A DNA stretch of 63,977 nt, filler included, from Reticulomyxa filosa (lineage: Eukaryota > Protista > Foraminifera): NCBI GenBank assembly GCA_000512085.1. It is 18 parts of 18 records of this genome, joined end to end, with 100 filler letters (N's around TTAATTAATTAA, not from the genome) between each part and the next. Parts side by side here need not be neighbours in the genome. Positions count along the whole stretch, not along the records: positions 1 to 1,224 come from ASPP01010979.1; positions 1,325 to 7,001 come from ASPP01039550.1; positions 7,102 to 22,165 come from ASPP01027877.1; 15 more parts are not named here. One strand, written 5' to 3'. Positions 1-13,100 of this stretch are shown here, in pieces. The position numbers and the translations under genes were made by a program. The notes below the pieces were generated by a model that ran no database searches, had not been told where the DNA came from, and saw only the letters and a list, made by a program, of their open reading frames with translations. Every line of letters begins with the position of its first letter. The first letter of the stretch is position 1.

Positions 1-1224
1 ATTGTTTTGTCATATGATGAAGAACAAATGACATTTTGACAATCGTTATGGTAATGAAATGGTGAAAATTTTACACAATACACAGGAGATGAATGCCCGT
101 TAAATGATTGAATTTGTTTGTTGTTATCGACATCCCATACACGAACTGTGTTATCATCTGATCCAGAACAAATGAATTGCTTATCATCTGATGTTGAACA
201 ATCAATACTCCACACCCAATTGGTATGTCCAGTGAATGTCTTGATTAATTTAAAAGGACGTACCAATTCAAAATTGGAAGTGGGTGATGTGTTAATAACT
301 GATGTTGATAAATTTTCATTTTTATTATTTCCTTTTTGTTCTTCTTTATTGTCATTTATCTGTCTATTTTTTTCTTCAAACTTTTTTTGCTGCTCTACCA
401 TTTTTTTTTCTTTCACTTGCATTTCTTCTTTTATTTTTTGAATTTCGATATCTTTTTTTAATTTTTGCATCTCAGGCAGCGTTGTTTGCTGTTTAATTAT
501 TGTTTCTTGTTTTTGGATATTTTGAATAGATCGAAAGCAAAAAAGAAAAACACAACAAACCTGATCAGAGTTTAATTGTAGGTTGTCTTTTTGATCTAGC
601 TCCAATTGCTGTCTCAAAGGTGCGACTCCTCCATCTTTTTTCCCTTTTAACTGTAACTCTACTTTAAGTTTTTCATTTTCCAAATTTAATTTCCTAATCT
701 CCTCCTATTTGTATTTTTTTTAAGATGAGCATAGATTGTTTTGTAAAAATCCTCAAAAAAAAAAAAAAAGAAATAATAAATAATTACCTGATATAGTCGA
801 ATAGTCTGTTGTAATGTATCAAAAGATTTGACAACCAAATCAAAATGCAATTTCATATTCGAAGTTAAGTGATCATGAATCACAGATTTTGAACATGTGT
901 GATTGCATCCAAATGAGTCAAACCAACACTTAACCATTTGTAGACAGCACGAATTTTCCAAATGGTCATTCACCTGTTTCACTTTTCCTTTAAAATCACA
1001 ACTCACAAGTCCAGGAGTTTCTCCTTCTCCATGTCCTTGCTGGGTTGTCATTTGTAGTTCTTGCTCTTGTTCTTGTTCGAATTGCCGTGGACATATCACA
1101 TCCAATTCACTAATGTATCGCTTCGCCAATCGGCCTTGAGAATACAAACAGTTGTCATGAGGTTCGACTGGACAAGAATTTGGGTTTTGACTAAGAAATT
1201 GTTTCAAGCAATTCTCCCCAACAA
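1..1224 (-). CDS. TRAF7-like architecture protein (variant RING end / TRAF zinc finger - coiled coil - WD40), partial at both ends
   Basis: Exon 1224-788 has CPVEPHDNC..VICP..CDFKGKVKQVNDHLENSC..CWFDSFGC..HL (TRAF-type Zn finger). GT-AG intron 787-705, coiled-coil exon 704-561, another intron, then an exon running to position 1 with WD40 repeats (FTGHTNWVWSID..ICSGSDDNTVRVWD..FNGHSSPVYCVKFS). Paralog of 38996-41295. Confidence 0.85.
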
Positions 1225-1324
1225 NNNNNNNNNNNNNNNNNNNNNNNNNNNNNNNNNNNNNNNNNNNNTTAATTAATTAANNNNNNNNNNNNNNNNNNNN
1301 NNNNNNNNNNNNNNNNNNNNNNNN
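1225..1324. other. Artificial contig-joining linker (first of 17)
   Basis: 44 N + TTAATTAATTAA (stops in all six frames) + 44 N. Identical linkers at 7002-7101, 22166-22265, 23568-23667, 25307-25406, 28271-28370, 29713-29812, 35067-35166, 36642-36741, 37904-38003, 48276-48375, 51186-51285, 54648-54747, 56205-56304, 57697-57796, 60519-60618 and 61773-61872. Confidence 0.99.
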
Positions 1325-1395
1325 TTTTTTTTTTTTGGTTCACTTTAAAACATAAAAAAAAAAAAAAAGCATATACGTAAAAAAAAAAAAAAAGT

Positions 1396-1773
1396 TCATG
1401 CTTTGTGTTGTATAACTGGAAGTTTGGGAAGGAAGAACGGGTGATTCAATTGTGAGGTAAGTGGTGGTTGGATTTGACTAAATGCAGGTGTACTTACGTT
1501 CGATGGAATTGTTGTACCATTGTTTTGCAATGTGCCTCCGACAACTGGCGTGTTGTCATTGGTATTACTGTTGTCGTTGCTATTGTTGGTGTCATTTACA
1601 TTCGTACTTTGTTCAGTTTGAGACTGGTTTTGAACCAGATTGTTACTTGAGTTTGCATTCACATTAAATGGTGTCATCTTTGTGTTGATTGTTAAGTGTA
1701 GAGTATTGTTATTATTCGTAGTTCGAGTGGTGCCATCTTGTAAAAGTGGAAGAGAATCTGATGTCTGTGTCAT
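1396..1773 (-). CDS. First exon of a hypothetical N/T-rich low-complexity protein (3' truncated)
   Basis: ATG at 1773 (MTQTSDSLPLL..). Open to ~1402, then an intron-like T-run sequence up to the contig end. No recognisable domain. Confidence 0.5.
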   Translation of the reverse strand: MTQTSDSLPLLQDGTTRTTNNNNTLHLTINTKMTPFNVNANSSNNLVQNQSQTEQSTNVNDTNNSNDNSNTNDNTPVVGGTLQNNGTTIPSNVSTPAFSQIQPPLTSQLNHPFFLPKLPVIQHKA

Positions 1774-2473
1774 CTTTTTTCTTTTTTTTTTTAATTCAAA
1801 AAAAATTATTTTTTTAAAAGTCACAGCGCTAGACGGCCACCTTGATGAAACAGTTGCTGTTTTGCTATGACCAGCGGAGCCAGTTAACGAATGGCGTTAT
1901 CGCTCTTTTAAGAATTCCAATTTGCGAAGTAGTTATCAAAAGCATTAATCTATTTTTCAACATATCTTTTGACACCAGTTTATTCGAAAACACGATAGTT
2001 AGTACGTGGTTAACGAAAGCACGTTCTACACTGAATGTAAAGAAAAAGTCTCCCCGTGTGACAGCCTAAACAACCAAAATGTGTCTTTATATTATTGAAA
2101 ATATTGGTAGTAAGAGAACCTTTTGCTCAGTATCAGTTTTTTTTGTCCAAAAGGGAATTGTACAAAATAAAATTTTTTCGAAAAATATTTGATCAGTTCA
2201 AAGATCAAGCAGAGAAACCAAAGAAAAACAATTATTATATTTGATTATCCCTTTGATAGCAACTTGATTAACAAGTTTTTAGAAACTATTCAAAACAATT
2301 TTGAACAGAGGTACTCAACGTTTGCTCAAAACAAAATAAACTGATACAAATGCAATGTGGACATAGCAAACATTGTACTTTTGATATGATTTTATGACGA
2401 CATCACCATTTCATGATTTCTGTTTTTGAATGATTTTTGTGTTGAACTGTTTAAAATAATAATATCGAGAGAG

Positions 2474-4501
2474 ATGTCTCGCGCAAAGATTGGAAAATCA
2501 GCACGAGGAAATCTGTTCACCCGTACAACAAGAGCAGGCACACATTAATTATTTTGTTTAAATTTGCACGAAAAAATTTATTTTCAAAAAACTGAGAGTT
2601 TTTAGCATTTAACAAAAATTTGGATTCACAATTTTATTGAACAAGCACAATAATTTTAAAAAAACGATAACTAAAAAATAAATTTTAAGTGGTAAGAAAT
2701 GGAAATAAACCAGCGAAAGACTTTGAAAAAGAGACTTTAATGGATGAAGAGAACTATTTACAATCTGAGTACATTACTAACTTGCAGCAACAAATATATT
2801 TTCTAGAATTAGAGCTGCAAGTAATGAAAGAAAAACAGGCGTCGGGCCGATTTGCTGGGAAAGGCTTGTCCACAAATGTTCCATTGGACACGCATATGAA
2901 TTCACTACGTGACAAGTACGTTCAAATGGAGAAAAAATACAAAAAAAAACTAAGAGTTGATCACAGCTGTTTTCACTACCTTTTGTCTTATTCACTCGAA
3001 AGTTACAAAAAGTGAACAACAATTAATATTAAAAAGTTTCTTAAAAAATTTTTTGTTAAATCAATAGAAAACAGAAGAAGAAAATGAAGAGCTAAAAACA
3101 GAAAATAAAGACTTGTCACAAAAATTAGAGCGAGAAACTTCGAAAACTGCAGAATTAACCCAAACTATTACCGGATTCGATGAAGAAAAAAATCAAATGA
3201 CAACAACATTTCTTACAGTTGATTAGCAAAAAAAAAAAAAAAGATAGCAAAGTCAAAGGTTTGCATGCATATAAAAAAAAAAAAAAAGGAAAAACTAAAA
3301 CTTGAAAAAAAAATCGAAAAAATCGAAGAAAAATTGACTGAAAAGACGCAATTGGTTGAGCAAGCGAGCGAAAAGTTTCGTGACTATCGCGTGGAAAATA
3401 ATAAGAATTTAGACGAGTTAAAAGATAACATTGCGACTCTTCGCAAAAGTGTAAATGAAATTACAGCTCAAAAAGAAGAGGCAGTGGAGCTACGTAAAAA
3501 AGTAGAGGCTGAAAATTTGGAGTTCAAAGAGACAATTACATTGAAAGAAGAAGAGATATCCGCACTAAAAGCTTCAACTTTTCAATTGAAAGATGAAATT
3601 CATTCCTTGCAACATAGAGTTAAAAAATTGGAAATAGATTTGGAACAAGAGAAAGAGCTTAGCAAAAAATATGACGAAACTGGAAAGAATTTAAGGAAAA
3701 GTATTTTGGAGTTGGAGGTTTCGTTGAGAGAAGAGGCCAGAGAAAAACAAGAAAATAAAAAGTCGGCACAAAGGTGGAGTGATACTATTGTATCATTGCG
3801 CCATGAAACCCAGTCATTACAACAAAGAGTTAAACAAGTAACAGATGATCTACAAAACGCTAAAAATGAACTTCGAATGCTGGGCGAAGAATATCACCGC
3901 TGTCGTGAACTGAACCATGACCTGAATGAACAAATATCTCAACTTAATGAACAACTTGCAAACCATGTTAATAAGATTAAAATTCTGGAAGACAATAACC
4001 TTGAGCTTAAGAAAGATAATTTTATAAAAACAGAAAAATTAACTGCAATTCAAGTTAATGAGCAGTCAATGAAAGCAAAATTAGACACACTAACAAATGA
4101 TAAGCAAAGATTAGAAATAGAACTTCAACAATCCAAAGAAAAATTGGCTGTAAGCAATACTTTGGAAAACATTAACTTGGATGAATTCAAAAACTTATGT
4201 AGTACAAATTTAAGGGTTGCTGACTCAATTCGTGTCCTTATGGACACCATACATCAGCCTAAAGTCTCTTCAGCCCAAATAGTTATGCTATTCTTTGTTT
4301 ATTTGTCGACTATAACATTCTTAGGATTTCTGGGTGTTCATTTTGATTTTTATATAAAAGAAAATGCTACTTATAAAATACCACAAACGAGCACATCAAT
4401 ATGCTATTTTTTTGTTTTAACAGATGTCAAGTCAATTGGAAAAAAAAGTACTTGCAGAAAATCAAAATGTCGAAAATGTCGAAGATTGTCTCAGTGATTA
4501 G
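2474..4501 (+). CDS. Long coiled-coil protein (5 predicted exons)
   Basis: ATG at 2474. Frame-preserving introns 2538-2689, 2956-3067, 3218-3288 and ~4281-4423. Continuous heptad E/K/L-rich sequence. No specific family recognised. Confidence 0.75.
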
Positions 4502-4889
4502 TAAAAAACCAAAAATTCCTGTTTGGAAATGTAAGTTGTGGTTGAAATATTAAAACTACCACAAAAAACTTAAACAATTTTTCTACAATGCAAAAAACGG
4601 GCAATTTTTGCGAGTGATTTCTTTCTTCAATCAAATTTTTTTAGATTAGGATATGAAATCAAACGAACGTTTTGTTTTCAAATCTAAGCAGTTGTTAAAA
4701 GTAACAGTACTAAGGGCAGTGAACTTTAGGATACTTCACAAAATTTTTCATCATTCATTATTTTTTGTTATTTCCCTCAAGACGATTTCCACTTAAGGGT
4801 CTTTTCTCCACAACTCTTCCAGCAGAACTACCAAGAATATTGCAAAAAATGCACAAATGGCTAAAAAAACCGGACTTTGTTTTTCTTAA

Positions 4890-7001
4890 CTAGTTTGCCT
4901 CTAAAGTAACAAAAGCTGTGGTTCTGGCGTTTTTTTCTGAACTGGAACTATTTTCGTTATTTTTCGTTTGAATAGTTCCTAAAGCAAATAATACAGTATT
5001 CCCTCTTTCTCCATCTGTATTTTGATAAACTCTCCTCTAATATGTGCTAATCTCTTTCAAACGCATTGTTGTGCCTGCCACGTGTCGTGTCGAATACCAA
5101 CAACAAAAAAAGAGACAGAACTTGAGACCCTGAGCTTGACTCTTACTTTTATTTTCCGTCGTAGTTGGATATTCATTGCTGCTTTTAGGTCCATCTGTGA
5201 TTGTGATTGCATTCAAACAGTCATTGATTTTCGCATTGAATAAATCGCTTGAAGGTCCTTCGGTTTGTGAGTTAGTTTGTCTTTGCGCAGCCTTTGGTAC
5301 AATAGTGAATTCACAATCAAAGCAAAACACAAAACAAATGTATATTGTTTTGCAGAGTTGTTTTGTTTTGTTTTAACTGTGTTGTTGTTGTTGTCTTTTT
5401 TTTTATCATGTTGCTGCTGTATCGCATCTATCCTCGTTGCATTAAACATTGAAACACATTTGATTCTTTTCGATATTTGAAAATGTAATGTTTGAAAAGC
5501 AACACACAAATGTCTTACTTGGATTTGGAGTGGCTCCAGGTTGGCCTTGGAGATTGTCTCGGACAACGACTTCAATAGGGACATCTTGGATGACACATCC
5601 TTGTTGACGCAGAGAAGGCCACACACAGTACAAAATCAATTGGCTTTTGCTGTCACTGCCATACGACTTTTTATGTATTTTTTCATTAAATGGTATGCGT
5701 TGTCCGTCATGATCGACCATCTTAAACATTTGAGGAAAAAGCTCTAGTTCGGGTTCTTGCAAAATTGCATGCCAACTCCATTTTTTCACATATTCGATAA
5801 ATTGTCCTATCTTTTCAGACACTTCTCTATATTTTTAAGTTCATTGTATTGTATTGTATTGATTATGATTAATGTTTTGTTTGGTTTGTATAACATTGTC
5901 CTTTATCTATCTCTCTATCTCTTTATTCAATCAAAACAAAAGAAAAAAAAACTAGTAACGATGGAAATGTAATGGGTTGACCATTGCGACTATTTTGTTG
6001 TGTCCAGTCTTGCATAACCTGGTCTTGATTTTTAAATTTGCCTTGCTCTTTAAATTCTTGCTCTTTAAATTTTTCTTGGTAAAAATCAAGTAGTTCTGTG
6101 GAATATTTTCTCAAATAAAATTGGAATATGTATTGGGTTAATTCCTTTTCTTGTTGTTCCTTGGTTTTGTCGTTACTCGGTGGGGTTTTAGAGATTATAT
6201 GTTTTATTCCCAAAATGTCTTTAATTTGCAAGTATACCTCCGTTTTGTATTTTTTAATGGTATTATAAACGGCCTGCAAAAGATCAAACAGCAATTGTTG
6301 ACATCTCTCGAGTCGTTCGGGTCTTGCCAATTGTTCCTGTTCTGTTCCGAACCATTTCATTAATTCTGTTTGTGCCTTTTTTTTTTTTGTTTTTTTTTTT
6401 TTGACATAGTTGTATTTGTATTTGTATTTGTATTTGCATTCATATTTATATTTTTGAGTGTGAATGTACGTATGTATGTACAACTGAACATCTTTGTATG
6501 TTTCTTGTCGAATGACTGTAAATTCTGTAATCGATTCGGCGACGGATGGAAACTTGGAGCGGACGTTGAATGCTAACATACGATCCAATACATCGTCGTG
6601 CATTGACATGGACGACTGATCTTCGACTTTCTTTTCCAACATCTGATTTTTTCTGTTTATTCATTTGTCCATTTGTTTTTTGTTGATGAAGCAAAAATAT
6701 GCTATCACTGGAGGTTATGCAAACAAAAAATAGAGTCTCTTGGCCTTTCAATTCTCCTCCCATACTAAAACTGTTTCAATTTGATTAGTGTTTGCAACGC
6801 TTCATTTTCGTCACTTGATAATTCGAGGCTTTGTAATTTTGCTAGTTCGTCTTGCAGTTGTTTTGGAGTTGGCGTGGTCTTGCTCGTCAACAATTTGATT
6901 AGATTCATTACTGTGCTCCATTTCATTTTCTTTTTTTCTCTACCCATGATATTCAATATGAACTTTGTCACTTTGTTCCTGTGTTTTGTTTGGTCTTAGA
7001 C
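4890..7001 (-). CDS. Multi-exon protein with MIEAP/SPATA18-like C-terminal domain (5' truncated)
   Basis: Exon ~5920-5524 encodes FIEYVKKWSWHAILQEPELEL..FNEKIHKKSYGSDSKSQLILYCVWPSLRQQGCVI, matching the MIEAP signature FN..YRRSYDSD....V.YHVWPAL....CVI. Preceded by helical exons. 3' end approximate. Confidence 0.7.
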
Positions 7002-7101
7002 NNNNNNNNNNNNNNNNNNNNNNNNNNNNNNNNNNNNNNNNNNNNTTAATTAATTAANNNNNNNNNNNNNNNNNNNNNNNNNNNNNNNNNNNNNNNNNNN
7101 N

Positions 7102-10100
7102 TTTTTTTTTTTTTTTAAATCTCTCCTGTCCAAAAAAAAAAAAAGATAGATAAGAAAGAGATAAAACATACGCATCAAACGTGTTCCACCATAGTTTTTC
7201 ACATGCTCTTGCATCTTGTGGGTAATGTCTCGAATGCGTTGCTCGGAAAAGACACCCCACACTGCAGATATGATATAGATCTTCCAAACGTATAATTCAT
7301 TTTGATCATACGTGACTGTATTTGCATTTGTACTCGCACTGGCCTTTGCATGCTTTTCGTTAATTTTTTCTCGTTCTCTTTCTTTTTCCTTTTCCTTTCC
7401 TTTTCTGGAGGACCGTGCGGCTTTGCAAACGATAACGGTGACTGTGTTCGGAACAACTCCGCAATTGCCATCAATTCCACAAGACTGTTCAAAAACTCGG
7501 GTTGATCTCGACGAATAATCTTATCGACCACGTCGTCCATTTTTTCGCGCAACTCTTCCAATTTCTTCAAGTTCAACACAGGACGCCTGTCGGGCGGGAG
7601 CTTGTGAACACAGAGCAAGAACTTGATAAGTTGTTCAATTCCTCGTGTCTTGGCATTGGACTCCAAATGGACGACAAAGCTATTGGACAGATACACAGAC
7701 AAGCATCCTTCTGTTTTCTGTTTGTGTCTCCTCTGCAAATAGTCTCACAAGACAGATGTCTGTAATTAACTGTAGCAAGCTCTCTCCAAACGGCACCACG
7801 TATTTGGACTGTTCCAAAATGTGCTGATGTTCCATGAGGAGTTCGAATAACCAACAGCCCAATTCAAAGTTGAAGGCGTCGAGGGCCTGGTGATCGTCGA
7901 TATGCTTTTCAATGGGCTTGACGTAGAAGCGGTATCCCCAGTGCTTGTTGTCATAACTCGAAGTGAATTTGAACCAAAAGCGGTTGGACGGAACAATGAA
8001 TGTCGGGAAGCGATCTCGACCCGATCCGCGACAACGCACGTACTGATCCTCAAAATCTTGGTCCGCATAAAAAGTCAGCCCGGTCTTGAAATCGTTGGCC
8101 AGTTTGCATTGCGAGTCAAACGTAACCATCAAACGAGATGCACCAGGGACGTACACCACTCGACGTTCGTCAACGTCGCCAGGATAAGGCTTGTGTGGTG
8201 ACTCAAACATTAGCATTTCATTGGGGTCGTTCACAGCTTGCACAAAGTGTAAGATGCATTCCTCTACCAATCCTTGCGTGAGCGTCTTGCACGGCTGATC
8301 GATTAAGATCAAGTCCTTTCGAGTTGGCTTTATGTCTGCCTTTCGCCACTTTTTATGGAAAATGTCAGGGGAAAAGCGCATGGCAAGGACATCTGGCTCC
8401 TTTTGTTGTTTTTTCTGCTCTTCTTGCAGCAAAGCAAAGACTTTTCCAAAGTCTTTGATCAAACTGTTCTTTCGTTTGACCAAGAGCTTGGATTTCGAAG
8501 TGCCTGCGGAGAGTGCCTCGGCAGCAGCCAGATCGAGCAAACGAATCACAGTGTCCACCCCGCCAAACATGTCCAAATCAAATGCCATGCCCTCGGGCCA
8601 ATGCTGCAACAGCCACAACAAACTGCGACGGACTTTGCGAATCGACAGTGCGTGTTCAATTTCCACGTAATATGAGCCAACGCCAAATACAGGGACGTCT
8701 TTTTTGATATCGGTGGGTTGTAGACCCCCTTCTTGGATTTGTTCAATCACCTCGTCCGTTCGTATGTTCAACTCTTCCACTGGGTCTTGATACCTCTCGA
8801 ATGGGATGTGTAGAGACCGAACGGGGAAGGCTCCACGGAAGAACACGCCCAACTCGCGGTCGCGGAATTCCATATGAATACGTTCTGGAATTGATTATAC
8901 GTATACACACATATATATATATGTACATATATATACATACACATATATGTGTATATAGTGCTTTTGGACTAAACTTTTGTTGACATCAACGGAATGGACG
9001 ATGCCAGTCTTTCCTTGTAACCTCTTCCAATACTTTGGCCAAAACTCATGACAAATACGATGTGCATCATTCCACACAGATAAGTACTGACCCGCACGTA
9101 TCTTTTGAATTTGAATAGGCGGTAACTGTTGCAATAAGCGATTGCCAATGCCAATTTGTCTGCGATTTGCGTCTTCCTCTTCATTATTCGCTGCTCCTCC
9201 TGCTCCTGCTCCTGCTCCTGCTGCTCCGCCTCGACGTGGTGCATTGTCCACCTCTTCGGCATACCTAACATCTGCGTTGGCTGAAATTTCTTCCATCGTC
9301 AGTCCAACTGGCAAACGCGCATCGACCTCATCGTCCAACAGATTGTCACCTCCAGCGGCCGCGTCACGCGCACCTGCTCTTCCGGAGTTGTCATCTTCCA
9401 AGTTATCTGCGATAAAGTTCATCAAGCCCATGTGTCCATTGTTATCGTCCTCGATATCCTTGTTGTCGTCTTTGATATCTTCCGGTTGCAAAGGGTCGGC
9501 TGGGGCTGTGCTCACGGACATGTTTTGAGCGATCCTGTCCAATTCACGAGATGCATTATTGACCAGATAATCGGCGGCCATGGCCAAGTCGTCATTGCAC
9601 TGTTCTAGTGTCACTACGGCAAATTCCAAGGGGAAGATGTCTCCCATCATACGCACCAGCTCCTCCGCCATCGTGCGACGTTGAATCTCGGCCTCACTAT
9701 AGTACACCTGCTTTTCATTTTTCAATTGCTCGATCTGATATTGATCGAGTGAGGACTCGATATTGAAGCTCATTTCCTCCTGTCCCAAATTCACCGCGAC
9801 CTGCGCGCCATTGCCTTGTAACCACACCATAGGGTAGAATTGTCCATTCACTCCGTCAAACGAACTTCGTGAGCCGACTATGGTGCCATTGCGAGTGAAG
9901 AATATCGCCTTGTGATGTTGGTCCCAACACAGACCAATCACATCTCCTTCCACGAATCCTTCCGACAATTTTGCGGCCACTCGTTTTCTGGAAATGGTGC
10001 TGTATACGTAGCCGGTGGCTCCAAACGCATAGCTGCTTTCATCTCCGCAATCGCCTTGGAAATTCATACCTGCTCGCCAAAGTCCAATGGCCACTTTCCA

Positions 10101-13100
10101 ATTCTTCTCTGCGTGTTTGGGGTCAGTTGCAGAAGCGTCGTTGTTGTTGTTGTTGTTGTTGTTGTCCTTTGAGGACGTGTCACCCAATTTCAAAATCTTG
10201 ACCTCAAAGTAGTATCCTGGAATGGACAATGGGATCATGTTGTTGGTCCTACAATATCCAATAATGTGATGCTGTTCCTTCTTAAACATGATGCGGAACT
10301 CGTGACTCCTTGAAAAAATGATCCCACGTGCCGACTCCGTGTCCAAGCGGCTGGGCAAGTGGACTTGCAACATGCGGAATGGCGAGTACTTCAGCAGCTG
10401 TCGTTGCGTTAACTGCGTGGCCGACTTGGGTATTCGTTCGCTCATTTTCAAAGGCTTGTCATGCAACATTTCGGACAGGCGGTCCTCTTGGTCTTCCAAA
10501 AATTCCACACTGCGATATTGGTCCAGATCCATTGGCCTTGTTGCAATGGACAACAGGTCTGGCAATAGCTTGCCTTTGCTCAAGTTGCCGCCCTGTCTCT
10601 CCTCCAACATCAACTTGATGGCCTCGGGCTGCTGCAGCAAACAGCAAAGAGCCTTCAATCCAAAAGATCGTAATTGATGGAACAATAGCTGCTCCAAAGA
10701 TGGCTCTGAGACCATGTCTGGAATTTCTGTCACTTTTTCGTTTTTCGATTGCTCACTCGGCGAATTACCGTTCTTGACGGTGGTGGGCTCGTCTGAGAAT
10801 GACGCGCCAAAGCCCGATCCTTGCAGGATTTGATTGTTCAAGGCCAACATTTCTTGGGCATTGGGGTTGGGAGTGGAGCACGCATCGCAATTGGTTAATT
10901 CGGCCAAGTTCACCAAGGTGCAGGTCGGACATTCCCATGTCAGTGCAGGCGGTTCTACCGGTTTCTCTAAAGGCGCCTTCGTCGCTGCAGCCGCTTCTTC
11001 AACAGGTTTGTTATCTTCCTTTGGTTTCTCCAACGCCACTTTTTCTTCCAACGTTTCTTTTTCCTTCTTTCGTAGATCGCGTGTGTCAAAGTGTAACGGC
11101 TGTGTAAACACTGTGAAATATGACAACAGCTCCGCTGTGATTGGCACACACCCTATGGGGGTGATCTCGCTTTTCGGCAGAATTTTCTTCGTTTCGATTG
11201 TGACCGGTTTTTTCACGTTATCAAAAAGCACCGAACATCTTTTTTTTAAAAATTTTTTATTGTTTGATCCCAAAACAAAATCAACATAAAATAATCTGAA
11301 CAACATTATCCACAGACAATAAATAGATGAGACTTAACAATCCCGATGATCTACTGACGGATAAACAAAGACCTCGCTCGATCATATGGTCATCTTCTTC
11401 TTCACTGATCTTCAATTCCACTCGACAACCTGGCCTCAATCTTTCCGTGTGTCCACCCAACACAGCCAAACATCCCATTAGTTGCTTGACAGGCATATAG
11501 TTTTTGTCGCACGGATCCATCCAGATTCAGCTCTGTCTTTTCCTCTTGGAACACTGTCCCTTTTTCCAAATCAATCAACTTGGGCGCCTGAGCCAGGATC
11601 TCATACATCCTTCCTTTCACTAGCTCTTTCCATTGCGGCGTTTGAATCAATGCGCGAAGTAGAATGACGTAGTGCAAGCCCAAATCTCTTTTCACTTCTG
11701 CGGACAATCGTAACGTATGGTCCAGTGACGACCACTCGCCTTTCAAATTTTTTGACACGTCATCATCCTAGCACATTTGTTGTTGTTGTTGTTGTTGTTG
11801 TTGTTATCATCAACACAGCAAAATTATTGATCATAAAGATCATACAATATAAATGATGCACATCCCATCCCTTTGATTAAAAAACTGCTCCAACGTAACT
11901 TGTACAACCAATAATGTGCCAGCAGTTTCGAATAAATGATTGATAAACTCCAAAGGACCACCATCAGAAGAAGCAGTTTCTTCGACCAATTCGGTAGTGG
12001 CGATGGTGGTGTTGGTGATGTTGGTGGTGGTAATGGTGGTAGCGGCAGTGGTATTAGTTAAGACTTGCAATGCAGACACGCCTGTTGTTATCGGGACTTC
12101 CTTGGCATCGCTTGTTTCGGATTGATTCAAGTTGTATCGACGATTCTGCATCCACTCCAAGATGTTGATATCCGTCAGCTCTTTGGGAGACACGATTTGC
12201 AAGATATCGCGGAAAATGGTCAAGGCGGTGCGTTTGATGCGAGGCGAGCCGTGAACAGTCAATTGGACGAGCGTTTGTAAGAAGTCCTTTGATTTCAAAA
12301 ACGCTTGAACTGTGGGATTGGGAGAATACGTCAAGGTACGAATTCCGACCAGGCCATGATGACATATTTCCTCAATTTGTAAAAAGTTGTGATCATGTCC
12401 CGTAGTCACAAAACGTATATCGGCTTGGGTGTCCCAAATCGGAGCCTCGCTATCTCGCACTTCCGATTGCGCATATCCATGCGACGCCTCACGTGTGGAC
12501 GACAAGCGATGAATGTGATCGCGGACTTCGTCGTGCAAATGACGCAACACGTGAATTTGCAAACTGTGTAAATTCAAGTTATCGGGGGTCGGAGGGGACA
12601 CAACCCTTGTTCCTTGTTGATTGAACCCGATCAATACAATGGCTAGTAATGTATGCAGATACTGGATCAATTGCAAATTCAAGTCCTTTTGATAAGGAGA
12701 CAAACTTTTCCAATCAATAGATGCATTCGCTAGCAAAGCCTCTGCTAATGTTTTCTTATCCAATACGTCGTCCTTCTCTTTTTTTTTTTCTTTCAAAGAT
12801 GAGGTTGTTGATTGCATCGTGGCGTCCGCACTGTCGGAAAGCATTACACTGCTGGCCTCCATTGACCATGACTTTTGCAAAATGGCGATATGTTGTGCCA
12901 ACATGTCATGGACCAGGTCAATGAGTTTGCAGTTGGAAACAAATCCCTCCTCGCCTTGGGTTAAGACAATACCCCAGCTATTTAAGGCCTGCTGTTTCAT
13001 TACCAATGGGACGTCAGCACTTTTGATCAGATGTGTGAAGTAGTCATACAGCGCCTCCCAGTTCTTGCGCACCGATCGCTCGATCGTTTCGCCGCATGAC

